Source of the DNA: Azolla caroliniana
Lineage: Eukaryota; Plantae; Polypodiophyta
Assembly: GCA_043228905.1 (NCBI GenBank)
Contig: JBHGNT010000017.1
Span: 10,168,001-10,232,000 of the forward strand
Direction of reading: 5' to 3'
DNA: 64,000 bases
The notes below the pieces were generated by a model. It worked only from the letters and a program-made list of their open reading frames with translations. It did not search any database and was not told the DNA's origin. The first letter of the stretch is position 1. The number at the start of each line of letters is the position of its first letter. Both the position numbers and the translations under genes were made by a program. This document shows positions 1 through 12,716 of the stretch, piece by piece.

Positions 1-1
1 G

Positions 2-931
2 GAAGCCATCGGGATTGAGCTCGAAGTCGATGACGGAACGAATGGGCTTACGGAGGACTGGTCGAAGGTCGGAAGGGTGTGCCAACGGCTAGATGATGAG
101 CGAGCCGAGAAGGCTAAGAGGAAGGGGCGCGACGGCGTGCCATCACAGCGGGAGGAGGCCGAATGGAAAAGGGAGTTGGCAAGGATCGGCGTTGGGGCCA
201 GGATTGCGGAGGCGTATGCAGCTCTCGAGGCGATGCTCGAGGAAGAGGAAAGATCAAGGCCGCAAGCCGAGACTGAGAAGACGGGCCTGCCCCACGCGAC
301 GGCGGAAGATCAGTACGACGGTACCATGGGACAGGGTGCGGAACGAAACTCCCTCTCGACTTGCGGAGATAGAACGGCCAAGGACGAGGCTGAGATACCG
401 ATCGCGGAACCGGAACATTGGGACCAACGGTTTTGGGCGTGTCAGCCCGAGATCCCGGTCATTGGAGAAGCAAGCCCAGACGGGGCTTGCGCGATCGGTA
501 AGAAGACGACCGCCGACCATGGAGAGCCGGTGGCTACGGACAAGGGCGTAAAACGGACGAGCGATTCTTTGTGTCTTCCCACACTTGCTCCCGAGACAAT
601 GGCAGTCGGGCCCGAGTGCCCACGTGAGTCCCAAGCGGAGGAAGGCGGCGGCGAAAGGGCAAGAATCACCGGCGAGACGATACGGGGAAGGAGCGGACAA
701 AAGCCCATGGACCCAATTTCGGAGAACTCGGCATTCGGGCCCGTATGCCCATATAAGACCAAGGAGATGGATGGCGATACCGAGGAGTCCTGGCACGATG
801 CCAGCGAAGACGGATGGGAGACGGCTTGCGGGAAGGCCGAGGATGGACACGACACGTGGAGATCGGCATTCCGATACGGGTGGAGCGTGATCCGGTCGTG
901 GGTCGTTCGATCGAGGCCGGACTCGGCATAA
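2..931 (+). CDS. Gag C-terminal part with a long charged/repetitive extension (open at the window start)
   Basis: The frame of ORF 77-931 is open from base 2. Gag-like GLTExW motif; no CCHC knuckle. Confidence 0.6.
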   Translation, partial: EAIGIELEVDDGTNGLTEDWSKVGRVCQRLDDERAEKAKRKGRDGVPSQREEAEWKRELARIGVGARIAEAYAALEAMLEEEERSRPQAETEKTGLPHATAEDQYDGTMGQGAERNSLSTCGDRTAKDEAEIPIAEPEHWDQRFWACQPEIPVIGEASPDGACAIGKKTTADHGEPVATDKGVKRTSDSLCLPTLAPETMAVGPECPRESQAEEGGGERARITGETIRGRSGQKPMDPISENSAFGPVCPYKTKEMDGDTEESWHDASEDGWETACGKAEDGHDTWRSAFRYGWSVIRSWVVRSRPDSA

Positions 932-1029
932 AGGTGCCGATATGGGAGGGGGTGCGGGACGAGCCGCCCTCTTTTACATGGGGAGAAAGACCGACCGGGC
1001 GAAGGTCGAGATTTGGAAAGAGAATGAAA

Positions 1030-2340
1030 GCCGGTCCTACCGGATTCCTTACACCGATCCGGCTGCAGGCCCGAGTGTCGGCGTGAGTCCTATAAGGGAG
1101 ATCGGTGGCGACAGGAGAACGGGACTCGGCAATCCGGAGAAGGATGAATGGACCTGGACGAGAACCGGGCGGAGCGGATTCTCGGATGACCATTCCGGGA
1201 GGGAGGAAGAGAGCAGGCCTATGAAGAGGCCGAGGACACGGTACGTCGGTACCATGGGAGAGGGTGCGAAACAAAACGCCCTCTCGGCAATGCGGAAAAG
1301 GACGACCCGGGACAGGGTCAAGAAGGCGAGGCGGCCTACGGAGGATCCTTCACACCGGTTCTAGAGACTTCGGCGGTCGGCAATGCGGCCGATGTAAGAC
1401 CAAGATACTGACGGTGGCGGCGAGGTGACGAAGGCAAGGGCTACGGATGGAAGGTCTACGGAGGATCCTTCACACCAGTTCTAGAGACTTCGGCGGTCGG
1501 CAACGCGGCCGACGTAAGACCAAGATACTGACGGTGGCGGCGAGGTGACGAAGACAATGGGCGTAAGGAAGTCCGGTCCTACGGGATCCCCACACTTAAC
1601 CAGAGACTTCGGCAGTTCGGCCAACGTGGCAACATGAGACCGAGAGAGAAGGTTGGTGGCGACGGGAAATGGGACCCGACTACGCGGAAGACACGAGGAG
1701 AGTCCGGGAGGGACTCAAACAAAAGACACTCTAGTTTCGGCAAGCATAGAAACGGAGTCCGGTCCTATGGGACCCTCACACCGATCCGGAGACTCCGACA
1801 GTTCGGCCAACGTGGCAACGTGAGACCGAGGGAGAAGGACGGTGGTGGCAGGGAACGGGACCCGACGACACGAGGTATCGGAAGGAGCCGGTAGGGGTGA
1901 ACATGGGGAGGTGTGTCAGGCCGGAAAGGCACACCTTGGACAGAACAAGAGTCTCGCAAGTGGCCATCATGGGCCGAATCGAAGCGTGACTACGGGACGG
2001 TGTTCGGCACGGGCGGGCCGAACGAAGGAATTGGAAGACTCAGGACCTGTTGCAGCAGCACGAAGACGGGAAGGGCCAAGCAGGCTACTACGGGGTGTTC
2101 CTCGGATGCAGAGGACACCGGTATGCGGGTGAGCGGCGATGCACGATCTGGCTGGAAAGGGCCGACAAGGCTTGCAATAAACCGGAGAAAGGCACACGGA
2201 GGTGCCGGAGCGGGAAGGCAAGCGCGGAGAAGGCCGGAAAGGGATCTTCCACGCCATTCCAGAGACCATGGCGGTTCAAGCCGACGCGGCAATGTAAGAC
2301 CATGGAGAAGGAAGGTGGCGGCGAGAGGGGGGTGGCCACG
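1030..2340 (+). repeat. Degenerate ~100-120 bp module array in the gag-only element
   Basis: Near-identical 120-bp pair at ~1336/1456. Related copies at ~1031, 1573, 1759 and 2241, and inside the ORF at ~575 and ~710. Confidence 0.8.
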
Positions 2341-2697
2341 CGAAACAACATGGGACGACATCAGGACATCACGGTTGGTCAATGGAGGTCAAGCGGGCCA
2401 CTACGGGCATGCCTCAAGCGAAGGACATTGGTCATACGGCGGGAAGCAGGGCGTTCATATGGCTGAACAAGGGCCAACGGAAGTACGCGTACTACGGAGA
2501 TCGCGGCAAAGGACCCATCGACGGGTCGAACGAGCCTACAGGAAAGCGAGCGCGACGGAAGACTCGAAGCCGACGGATCAAACAGGCAGCAAGCCGGGAT
2601 GCGGATCATGGAAGACCGGTTTCTCACCGGCCGAAATCTCTCACCCTTCAACCGGACTTGGCACATACCGGTGGATGTGCGGTTAGGTGGGGGCGGA

Positions 2698-3447
2698 TGT
2701 CGTGAAGAATTTCGGCCAGAGGCGGAAATCGGGAACATTGGCTACATCGGCGGGGTGCAGCGTGTGAACGCACCCATGTACATTTAGTGTGAATATCGAG
2801 GATGCCTTTATGGCGCCGAAGAGTAGTCAAGTCGGGACAAACGATCCCATGTAAGTCGGGATTTGTCCTACATTGTAATGCCTCTCTTTCCTTGTTCTAT
2901 AAAAGGAAGGGAACACCCTTTGTAAAAGGGTTGCCCTTTTTGCATTAGAGGGTATACCGTTAGGTTTAGGGTTAGCTTCTTCTCCTTCGTATTCGTTTAG
3001 GGTTTGCTGCAGCTCATCTCCTCCGCAAGACCCCGCTCGACACACAAGCCCGTGAGCTCCCCGACGGCGGCTTGGCAGCAGACGACTACTATAACCTACC
3101 TCAGTCCGGCTCGAAGTCGGGAATGTATTCTTCATATATATATACATACATATACGTTTATGTTTGTCTGTGTATATTCGCGTCGTTGTTGGCGTCGGGT
3201 GCTTACCCTCTCCTGCGTTTTCTGTACATAAGGTGTGAGTCGGGTTGAGCTGCGTGTGCGTGCGTGCGTGTGTGTGCGTGAGTCGGTGTTAAGCACACAC
3301 TCTCTCTCTCTCTCCCTTCGGTTGCTTCCGGTGTGTTTCTGGGATGCCCCAGAAACAGTGAAGCACGACTCCCTACGCTCCATCACTCTCTCGTCCAAGA
3401 CCCCCGTGGTCCCGCCTTTCTCCACGCACGCGCGTAACAACGCGACA
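2698..3447 (+). repeat. 3' LTR (TGTCGTG...CGCGACA), 750 bp
   Basis: Follows the PPT; inverted termini; TATA-like CTATAAAA near 2897; followed by ACGT, then copia LTR sequence resumes. Confidence 0.8.
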
Positions 3448-3752
3448 ACGTAACAGTGTACAGAGAGAGAGAGAGAAAGAGGTCGTTGCCTCTGTTGTAA
3501 CCGCCGCCTATGGCGAGGATCGTGAGCACGAGGTCGTTGCCTCCATGAACTCACTGTTGTACATTCTAGCATAGTGATAGTTTGCAGCCTCTGGGCTGCC
3601 GTGGTTTTTCCCTTGGTTTGGGTTTTCCACGTAAACATCCTGTGTACCCTCCTCTTCTTTGTGTCGTGTTTTATTTCCCGTTTTCTGTGTATGATTCTAA
3701 GCTCGGTTGTGGCCTAGCGTTGTGCATAAGGAGCGTTGCGGTTCCCGTCAAG

Positions 3753-3764
3753 TGGTATCAGAGC
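3753..3764 (+). promoter_or_regulatory. PBS for tRNA-iMet
   Basis: TGGTATCAGAGC 2 nt after the LTR end CA. Confidence 0.92.
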
Positions 3765-3780
3765 GAAATCGACACCGAAA

Positions 3781-6700
3781 ATGGACGAATCGTTTGGTGG
3801 CATGTTCAAGCTCACCGGCTCCAACTATTCAGTGTGGAAGTCGAAGATGAGGGACATGCTCCTGGTTAAAGATCTTTGGCTACCGGTTCAGTTCGGGGAC
3901 AAGAGACCGGACAAGATCGACGCCACCATATGGGAGGTGATGCACATGAAGACAACGGCATACATACGGTGCTTCATCGACATGAGCCTATACAACAACT
4001 TCAATGAAGAGAGCAAGGCTCATGAGCTCTGGGAGAAGATCGGCATAATGTTTCAAAACAAAAATGCTGTTAACCAGGTTTCGGTATTCCGGAAGCTAGT
4101 AAGACTCCGGTACAAAGATGACTCCAGCATGGCGGAGCACATGAATGCCTTCCAGGGGCTGATCCACCAGGCAACTTCATTGGAAGTACCTCTCGCCGAT
4201 GAGGTACTTGCGCTACTCCTGCTCGGTTCCCTCCCGTATAGCTGGGAGACGTTGGTTGTCACTTTGGGCAACGCCGGGCCGGAAGGAAAGCGGTTATCCC
4301 TAGCAAGAGTAAAGTCGAGCTTGCTAGATGAGGAGGCGCGTCGGAAAGACAAAGATACGAGCTCCGAGTCCAACGCGCTTCTTACCGAATCAGAATGCGG
4401 AAGACATAGAAACCGTAGTCCCTAGAACCGGCAGAAGTCGGGGACACGGTCAAAGTCAAGGGGGAGACCTACTTGCTTCTATTGCGGCAAGCCGGGACAC
4501 TTCCATAAGAACTGTCGGCATTTCCGGAAAGACAAGGAAACCGACGGTACCGATTCGAAGCGGACACCGGACCGGAACGGTAAAGACCGGAGGGGGCCAG
4601 ACCGGAAGGGGACGACGGCAATTGCGGCAAGTGAAGAAGAGTTTATGCTCATCACCGAGGAGAGTAAGATAAACCTTGCTGGCGACGAGATGACCTGGGT
4701 GGTAGACTCCGGAGCGTCGTTCCACCTTACCCCAGACCGGAAATGCTTCTCATCCTACTCAGCCGGTGATCACGGCTGTGTCCGGATGGGGAATGAAGGT
4801 ACAGGCCGAATTGTCGGCATAGGAGACCTATGGCTGACAACACCAACCGGATGCAGGTTGTTGATGAAGGATGTTTGGCACGTTCCGGAGGTTCGTCTGA
4901 ACCTGATATCAGCCGGTCGGCTAGATGATGAAGGCTACACGGGTAGCATCCGGAACGGTGTCTTGAAGTTTAGCAAGGGGAGCCTGATTGTGGCTCGGGC
5001 CCGAAAGGTCAACGCTCTGTACCTGATGAATGCCCGGTTACGTCCGGAGGAAGTGAACGTTGCATCCGACACTGCCGGTGAGCTGTGGCACAAGACGCTG
5101 TGTCATATGAGTGAGAAGGGGATGAAGAGGCTTGTAGAAGACAACCTCATTCCAGTGAAGAACGTGCAATTGGAGAAGTGCACTGATTGTCTGGCCGGTA
5201 AGCAAAACCGGACCTCCTTCCGACCAAGGCCACCGATGAGACGCAATGCACCCCTGGAGTTTAGGGTTTTAGGGTTTAGGATCAACTCTACGATGAGCAG
5301 ACCCAACCGGCAGGAGACTGGTTAGCACTCGAGGGACCAGCCGGTTATGGTGAGGATACCGATCGGGCTGAAGAAGAAGTAGAGGAAGCTGAAACCGGAA
5401 CCGGCCAAGACCCCGAATCGGATTCGGATGAATAGCAAATGGAGGAACCGGTTACCGAAGCCCGAAGATGGAGATATCCTCTCAGAGAGAGAAGGGCCCC
5501 CAGAGATTTCTGAATGCAGAGCATGTGCTGCTAACCGATGAGGGGGAGCCAGAAAGCTTCGAAGAAGCGAAGGACGACACCCACAGCCGAAAATGGTTAA
5601 GTGCCATGCAGGATGAGATGGATTCCCTGCATGAGAACAATACGTACAAATTGGTGGAGCTGCCGAAAGGAAAGCGGGCACTCCGAAACAAGTGGGTGTA
5701 CAAGTTGAAACCGGGAGATGCCGACAACCCCCCGAGATACAAAGCCAGGATCGTGGTGAAGGGGTTCCAGCAGAAGAAGGGCGTGGACTTCAAGGAGATA
5801 TTTGCCCCGGTAGTAAAGATGACCTCCATCCGGACGGTGTTGAGTATAGCAGGCAAGCATGGACCTCGAGGTAGAACAGCTGGACGTGAAGACGACATTC
5901 CTTCACGGCGACCTCGAAGAGGAGATCTACATGCAACAACCGGAAGGATTCGTGGAGAAAGGGAAGGATCACTTGGTTTGCCGGTTGAAGAAGAGCCTAT
6001 ACGGACTGAAGCAGGCTCCCCGACAATGGTACCGGAAGTTCGATTCCTTCATGACCGATCAAGGGTACCACAAGACGCGGGCCGATCACTGCGTGTTTGT
6101 GAAGAAGTTTCAAGGAGGCGACTTCCTGATACTTCTTCTGTACGTGGATGACATGTTGATCGTTGGACGGGACCAAGTCAAAATACGGATGCTGAAGATG
6201 GCCCTCAACCAGACCTTCTCAATGAAAGACTTGGGTCCGGTAAGACAGATGCTGGGGATGCATATTATCCGGAACCGGTCAGTGAAGCAATTATGGCTAT
6301 CGCAGGAAAAGTACGTGACAAAGGTGCTTCACCGGTTCAACATGTCTGATGCAAAACCGGTCGGATCGACACTTCCGGCAAATTGCAGGCTATCTGGTAA
6401 GCAGAGCCCGAAGACGAAAGCAGAGAAGGCGGATATGATGAAGATTCCATATGCCTCTGCCGTCGGGAGCTTGATGTACGCAATGGTGTGTACCCGACCG
6501 GACATAGGATACGCAGTCAGAGTGGTGAGCCGGTTTATGAGCAATCGCGGCAAGGAGCACTGGAACGCGGTCAAATATATACTCCGGTACTTGAAGGGCA
6601 CCTCAAATATGTGTCTCCGATTCGGCTCCGGAAAACCTCAACTTGACGGTTTTACCGATTCAGACATGTCGGCTGATGTGGATACCAGCCGGTCTACATC

Positions 6701-7117
6701 CGAGTATGTAATGACATATGCAGGAGGAGCTGTTTTGTGGCAGTCAAAGCTACAGAAGACGGTTGCATTGTCAACAACGGAGGCGGAGTACATGGCGGCT
6801 GTGGAAGCCGGCAAGGAAATATTATGGATGAAGGACTTCATCGGAGAGCTCGGTATCCGGCAAGATGAATACCGTCTCTATTGCGACAGTCAAAGTGCAT
6901 CCACCTTGCTAAGAATGCAGCCTACCATTCCCGGACGAAGCATATCCAGCGTAGGTATCACTAGATCCGGGAAAGAGTAGATGACCAGGAGTTCGCGCTG
7001 ATGAAGATCCACATGGCTGAGAACGGGTCAGATATGCTGACCAAAGCGCTGATACCCGACAAGCTGGAGGCATGCCGGAAGAGAATCGGACTGGTTAGAC
7101 ACCCCATGCCGGAGTGA
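3781..7117 (+). pseudogene. copia gag-pol pseudogene
   Basis: ORFs 3736-4425, 4645-5325, 5468-6151 and 5859-6980, broken by stops, frameshifts and a deletion. Confidence 0.92.
5260..5280 (+). repeat. Interstitial plant telomere repeats (TTTAGGG TTTTAGGG TTTAGG) at a deletion junction
   Basis: Directly replace the integrase core after ...RRNAPLE. Confidence 0.85.
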
Positions 7118-7127
7118 AGGGGGAGTT

Positions 7128-7822
7128 TGTTGGGAGATAGGTCCCTCCGGATGGGAAGAGAGAAGAACAGTGCTGATGAACATACTCCGAAACCGGATGA
7201 GGAGTACCCGACTAAGGAGAGCCGGATGGTGTAGACCCGGTGAAGACCGGATGAGGAGTACCCGGCTACGGAGAGCCGGATGGTGCAGACCCGGTGAAGA
7301 CCGGATGAGGAGTACCCGGCTACGAAGAGCCGGATGGTGCAGACCCGGTGAGAAGTGCTCACCAGATGAAGAGACATATTCGTAAATATGTTTCTGAGAG
7401 CCCATCATGGCTACATTTGTAAATAGCCGAAAAGTCAAATTAGTATAAATATGATTTAGGGCAAACTTTTAGGTGACTGTTGTTGTCATATTCTTGTTGG
7501 TGCAAGAAAAAGAGAGCGCGCGTAACAGTGTACAGAGAGAGAGAGAGAAAGAGGTTGTTGCCTCTGTTGTAACCGCCGCCTCTGGCGAGGATCGTGAGCA
7601 CGAGGTCGTTGCCTCCGTGAACTCACTGTTGTACATTCTAGCATAGTGATAGTTTGCAGCCTGTGGGCTGCCGTGGTTTTTCCCTTGGTTTGGGTTTTCC
7701 ACGTAAACATCTTGTGTACCCTCCTCTTCTTTGTGTCGTATTGTATTTCCCGTTTTCTGTGTATGATTCTAAGCTCGGTTGTGGCCGAGCGTTGTGCATA
7801 AGGAGCGTTGCGGTTCCCGTCA
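7128..7822 (+). repeat. copia B 3' LTR, with a 3x54-bp tandem repeat at 7192-7351
   Basis: TGTTGGG...CCCGTCA; units start ACCGGATGAGGAGTACCCG at 7192, 7246 and 7300. Confidence 0.93.
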
Positions 7823-8469
7823 TTCTCACTGTTCCACCTTTGATCGTAATTCCTTCGTTAGTCAGAAAATTGTTATCTATCAAAATTCTTTCATTTCTCT
7901 TGGCATTCCCGATCATAGTAAGGGGATTCATCCCTATCATACCGTCACCCTCGATATTCGTCCGGTCGAAATATGTCCGCATACCGGAATCTCTCCACCA
8001 GATGATACTAATCATACCGCTGAAATCTCTCATTCACCTGAAACCTATGATCGTCCGACCTTCTCCCCTCTTTGGGCTCAATTCGTCTTACTGGTGTCGT
8101 TGGTCATTTTAGTAAGTTATATTCGCACTGATCGATGGTGTGGGTCTGGGAATGACACAAGGCACAATGCATTCGTATTGTACACTCCAAAATCGAGTGT
8201 CCGGGGTTGAGGCATATCCTACTCTCCACCGCCTATCGAAATCTGAGTTCCTCTTCCTTCAGTAGTACCCTCTGTAAAGTCTCCATCGACATGTTTATAG
8301 TATTCTGCGCTCTATCCATATACACTTTCTTGATAACTTGGCCGATGGTGCTTGTAGTGAAATCGAATACTGCCAACGATGTCTAGAGTGGCTCTTTGAG
8401 CAGTTAAAAATGTTTCCTTTACATCTGCCTCTGTCGGTGGTCTAGTTAACTACTTCCGCAAGTTTTGGA

Positions 8470-9326
8470 ACCTCGTTTTCAAGCCAAACATCATGACAAC
8501 TACCATGAAAACGCCCCATTCTGTGATGATCGTTATCGTTTCTTAGTCTTCCAAGTGCATCTAGATTTGATTGTATCCACTGAAGCTGTCCAAAAAGCTA
8601 CAAATTTAATGGCCTGCTACTACATCCAATACATCTTCGGTGAATGGTAGGGGAAACGCATCTATGATGGTGGCGGCGTTGAGTTTTCGGTAGTCGACAT
8701 AAGAGTCGGATTTTGCCGTTCTTTTTCGGCACCCCACCACAATTGGCCTGAGCTATTTTGTCTTCTTCACTGACCAAATGAAACCGACTCGTAGCAGCTT
8801 ATCGATTTCCTCCTTTACCTTGTCTACGTAGTTTGGGTTCATCCGCTACTACCTCTACTACATTGGTTTCACATACTTATTGAGATGTATAGTTCATAAA
8901 AATCAGGGTTGAGGCCCTACATGTCACTATATCACCATGCAAATACATCTTTATACTCATCTGGTAGTTCCATCATCAATGATTTCTCGGCCAATGCCAA
9001 CTCCTTGGCAAAATGAATTGGTTGGGGATCATTTATTGTCCCCAATTTGACTTCCTCTATGGTCGATGGCTTCACTCGCTGGGATATAGTCATTTTTCCC
9101 TCTAAGGCTTCGGGGCGTGACGTAGTTCGTCCATAGATTTTGGATTCAGCTCCCTTATGTTTTCCTCCATCTCAGTGTCCCTCCTGGACACGAACACTCT
9201 AACCGCTTCGATGATGCCAAATTTGGATAGTGATATTAGTTTTGGGTTGTCTTCTAAATATTGGTCGACCTCTTCATCAAAAAATCCATCGAGCATATGA
9301 ACTCCCTCGGTATAAAGGAGTGTCAT
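8470..9326 (-). pseudogene. Tat/Athila-like gypsy RT remnant
   Basis: Minus-strand translation gives EYKDVFAW, KVKEEIDKLLRVGFI, DYRKLNAAT, SFLDSFSGYNQI, with many stops. Confidence 0.8.
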
Positions 9327-11326
9327 TGTTGGGAAACATGTCCCTCTAGATGGGAAGTACCATGTAGGTGAGTATCCTAGCTGAGGCCAATAGGCCAAGC
9401 TCTAAACCGAGCTCAAAAAATCGAAATTGTTTCGGAAGACTATAATTGTAAATAGTCTAAAATGCCCCTTCGGGGCTATACTTGTAAATAGCCAGAAAGT
9501 TACTTTTGTTTATAAGCAACTAGGACTAACTTTAGTAAGTGGAGTTGATCATTATTATAAAGTTAGAACGAGGTAGTTGCCTCTGTAACCTTGTGTGTGG
9601 GAGTAAGAGTGTAAATTTGTAGCCGTCTGTCAAACGAAGCAGAACTCGAGGTCGTTGCCTCCGAGTTCCGTAATTGTACTTCCTCTCTACCAATAGTGAT
9701 CTATTTTACTCGGGGTTTGTGAACGCCCGTGGTTTTTCCCGTATCGGGTTTTCCACGTAAAATGTGGTGTCTCTGTGTCTTTACGTTTTTTTCCTGTTTG
9801 TGTACTAGTTCTTGGTTTTCTGCACACGAATACGAACATGAAACCGGTTGTGACCGATCGATTCCTAACAAAGTGGTATCAAAGCGATGGAAGAGTAGTT
9901 TGGTGGCATGTTTAAGCTAACTGGCTACAACTACTCAGTGTGGAAGTCGAAGATAAGAGACATGCTTATGTGCAAAGACCTCTGGTTGCAGGTGTAGTTT
10001 GGAACTAAAAGACTAGACAAGATCAATGCAATGACTTAGAAAGTGTTGCATCTGAAGGTGGCCGCATATATAAGGTTTTTTATAGACATGACTCTATACA
10101 ACAACTTCAGTGAAGAAACAAAAGCAGACATCCTATGGAAGAAGATCAACGTCATGTTCGAAAACAAGAACGCCTTGAACCAAGTCTCAGTATTTCGAAA
10201 AATTGTGACGCTTTGGTATTAGGATGTCTCCAGTATGGTGGAGCACATCAATGCCTTCCAAGGATTAATGAGCCAAACCAGCTCTCTAAAAGTACATTTG
10301 GCCGACGAGGTATTAGCACTGTTGTTGCTGGGATTCCTTCTGGACAGTTAGGAAACATTGCTTGTCACATTGGGCAACGCGGGACCGGAAGGGAAACACC
10401 TATCCCTAGAGCAGGTGAAGTCGAGCTTGCTAAACGAAGAAGCTCTTCGGAAGGACCGAGTGTCCAATACCAACCAGAAGGCCTTGGTCATAGAATGGGA
10501 CCAGATTCGGGGAAGAAGCCGAAATCAAAGTTCCCAGAACCGAGATAAGTTAGGGACTAGGCCGAAGTCGAGGAGGAGACCCACGTGCTTCTATTGTGGG
10601 AAGCCGGGGCACTTCCAGAAAAATTGCCGACACTTTCAAAAAGAGAAAGGGGGAGCTGATGGTGTAGAGCCGAAGAAAATCCCAGATAGGAAGAACACCT
10701 CAGCAATCATCGCGAGTGAGGAGTTGTTGCTCATTAGTGAGCAAAACGAAGTGAATGTCGTAGGCGAAGAATCAACATGGGTGGTCGATTCTGGTGCGTC
10801 CATTTCCCCTAACCACTGACCGAAAGTGCTTCTCATCCTATAGAGCCGGAGATGTCGGATCTGCAAAGATGGGAAATGAAGGAGCATGTCGAATAGTCGG
10901 CATTTGGAGATGTGTGTTTGGAAACCTCAACCAGGTGCAAACTCGTGTTGAGAGATGTACGACACGTTCTTGAGTTTCGATTGAACCTAATATCAGCCGG
11001 TTGGCTAGATGATGATACACGGGTAGCATCCAGAATAGTGTCAGGAAGTTCTACTGGGGAAGCCTGATTGTGGCTCGAGTTTGGAAGACCAATACACTGT
11101 ACGTAATGAATGCCCGAATATGCCGTGGGGAAGCAAACGTTGCAGCCAACACGGTCGATGAAATGTGGCATAGGAGGTTGTGGCACATGAGCGAGAAGGG
11201 GACATGAAAGCTTGCCAAGGACAACCTCATTCCGGAGGTGAAGAACGTGCAACGTGAGAAGTGCACTGATTGCTTGGTCGACAAGCAGAATTGAACATCC
11301 TTCCAAGCAAGGCCCCTGATGAGGAA

Positions 11327-11799
11327 GAAAATGTTGCTCGAACTCATGCATACTGACGTATGCTATGTGGACACGAAGTTGAATGGTGGCTCACAGTATT
11401 TCGTGACCTTCATTGATAACTATTGCCGGAAGTTGTGGGCTTTCGTGTTGAAGACGAAGGATCAAGTGTTATCCATCTTCAAAGAGTTTCAAGCGAGAGC
11501 CAAGAGAGAAACTGACCGAAAACTGAAGGCAGTCCAAGCGGACAATGGCGGAGAGTACTGTGGAAAATGCCGCTCAAACTCATGCATATAGACGTATGCT
11601 ATGTGGACATGAAGTTGCATGGTGGCTCACAGTATTTCGTGACCTTCATTGATAACTATTGCCGGAAGTTGTGGGCTTCCGTGTTGAAGACGAAGGATCA
11701 AGTGTTATCCATCTTCAAAGAGTTTCAAGCAAGAGCCGAGAGAGAAACCGACTGAAAACTGAAGGCAGTCTGAGCGGACAATGATAGAGAGTACTGTGG
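11327..11799 (+). repeat. 236-bp tandem duplication in the integrase core
   Basis: LMHxDVCYVD...DNGGEYCG occurs twice (ORFs 11319 and 11567). Confidence 0.9.
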
Positions 11800-12716
11800 A
11801 CCGTTCGAGGAATATTGCCGAAATCAAGGGATCCGACTCGAGTATACTGTGCCGAAGACCCCAGAGCTTAATGGGTTGGCTAAGAGAATGAATCGAACTG
11901 TAATGGAAAGGGCCTGAGGTATGCTTGCACATGCTAAGTTACCGAAGACGTTCTGGGTTGAGGCACTAATGACAGAAGCATACGTGATAAACCGATCACC
12001 CTCAGTACCCTTAGACAGTGATATCCTGCAAAGGGTGTGGGGTAGCAAAGACATTTCTTACCGACATTGGAGGGTGTTCGACTGTCTTGCCTATGTGCAT
12101 GTGGCAAAAGACCAAAGGGGAAAATTAGAACCGAAATCTCGACCATGCATATTTCTCGGCTATCACAATGATGAATTTGGCTATTGGCTATGGGACTTAG
12201 CCGAGAAGAAAGTGATCAGGAGCCATGACATTGTCTTCATGTAGGAAAAGACAATAGTCGATTGGGACATTGAGAATAAGTCTCCAATTGCTGAACCGAA
12301 CCGAGTCGACGCTCGGCCGAATCGAGTAGAAGCCGATTTGATCGAAATTGAACAAGGAGAACATCAAGAACTGACTGAAGAGCGTGGGGAAACAACCAAA
12401 CAAGGAACTGAATTTGAATCAGTCGAAGAAGTTAAAGAAGAACCGACCGTGCCGAATGGAAGCCGAAGATACCCCCTAAAAGAAAGGAGGCCCCCCTGGA
12501 GATTTCCGGATAAAGACCGTGTACTGCTTACCAATGAGGGGGAGTCGGAAAGCTTTGAAGAAGCTAACAAAGATACCCTTAGCCGAAAGTGGTTGAGTGC
12601 CATGCAAGAGGAGATGGATTCCTTGCATGAGAACCACATATGATATGACCAAACTGCCGAGAGGAAAGAAGGCACTTCATAATAAATGGGTATATAAGAT
12701 GAAACCAGGGCGGGAA

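Larger units (their letters stand above)
1..3447 (+). mobile_element. 3' part of a pol-less (gag-only, TR-GAG-like) gypsy-related LTR element, inserted into the 5' LTR of a copia
   Basis: Frame 2-931 begins IGIELEVDDGTNGLTEDWSKV, similar to LGVLLEDTTTESGLTETWESM of the gag at 17034. No PR/RT/IN follows. Pre-PPT motif GGCACATACCGGTGGATGTGCGG is shared with 23461 and 32948. A G-rich PPT precedes LTR 2698-3447. Confidence 0.75.
3448..7822 (+). mobile_element. Ty1/copia element B (Tnt1/Tork-like), decayed, integrase core deleted
   Basis: Partial 5' LTR 3448-3750 matches 7520-7822; PBS TGGTATCAGAGC; gag, CCHC knuckle, PR DSGAS, RT YVDDM, RNase H; PPT GAAGGGGGAG; 3' LTR 7128-7822. Confidence 0.95.

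Noticed and set aside
1336-1870. Repeat-spacer pattern as a CRISPR-like array (also 33700-34160)
   Set aside because: Long degenerate units inside eukaryotic retroelements, no uniform unique spacers, no cas genes.
2960-3010. TTTAGGG-like motifs in the first LTR as telomere scars
   Set aside because: Isolated single units, at most telo-box-like, and not at a visible breakpoint.
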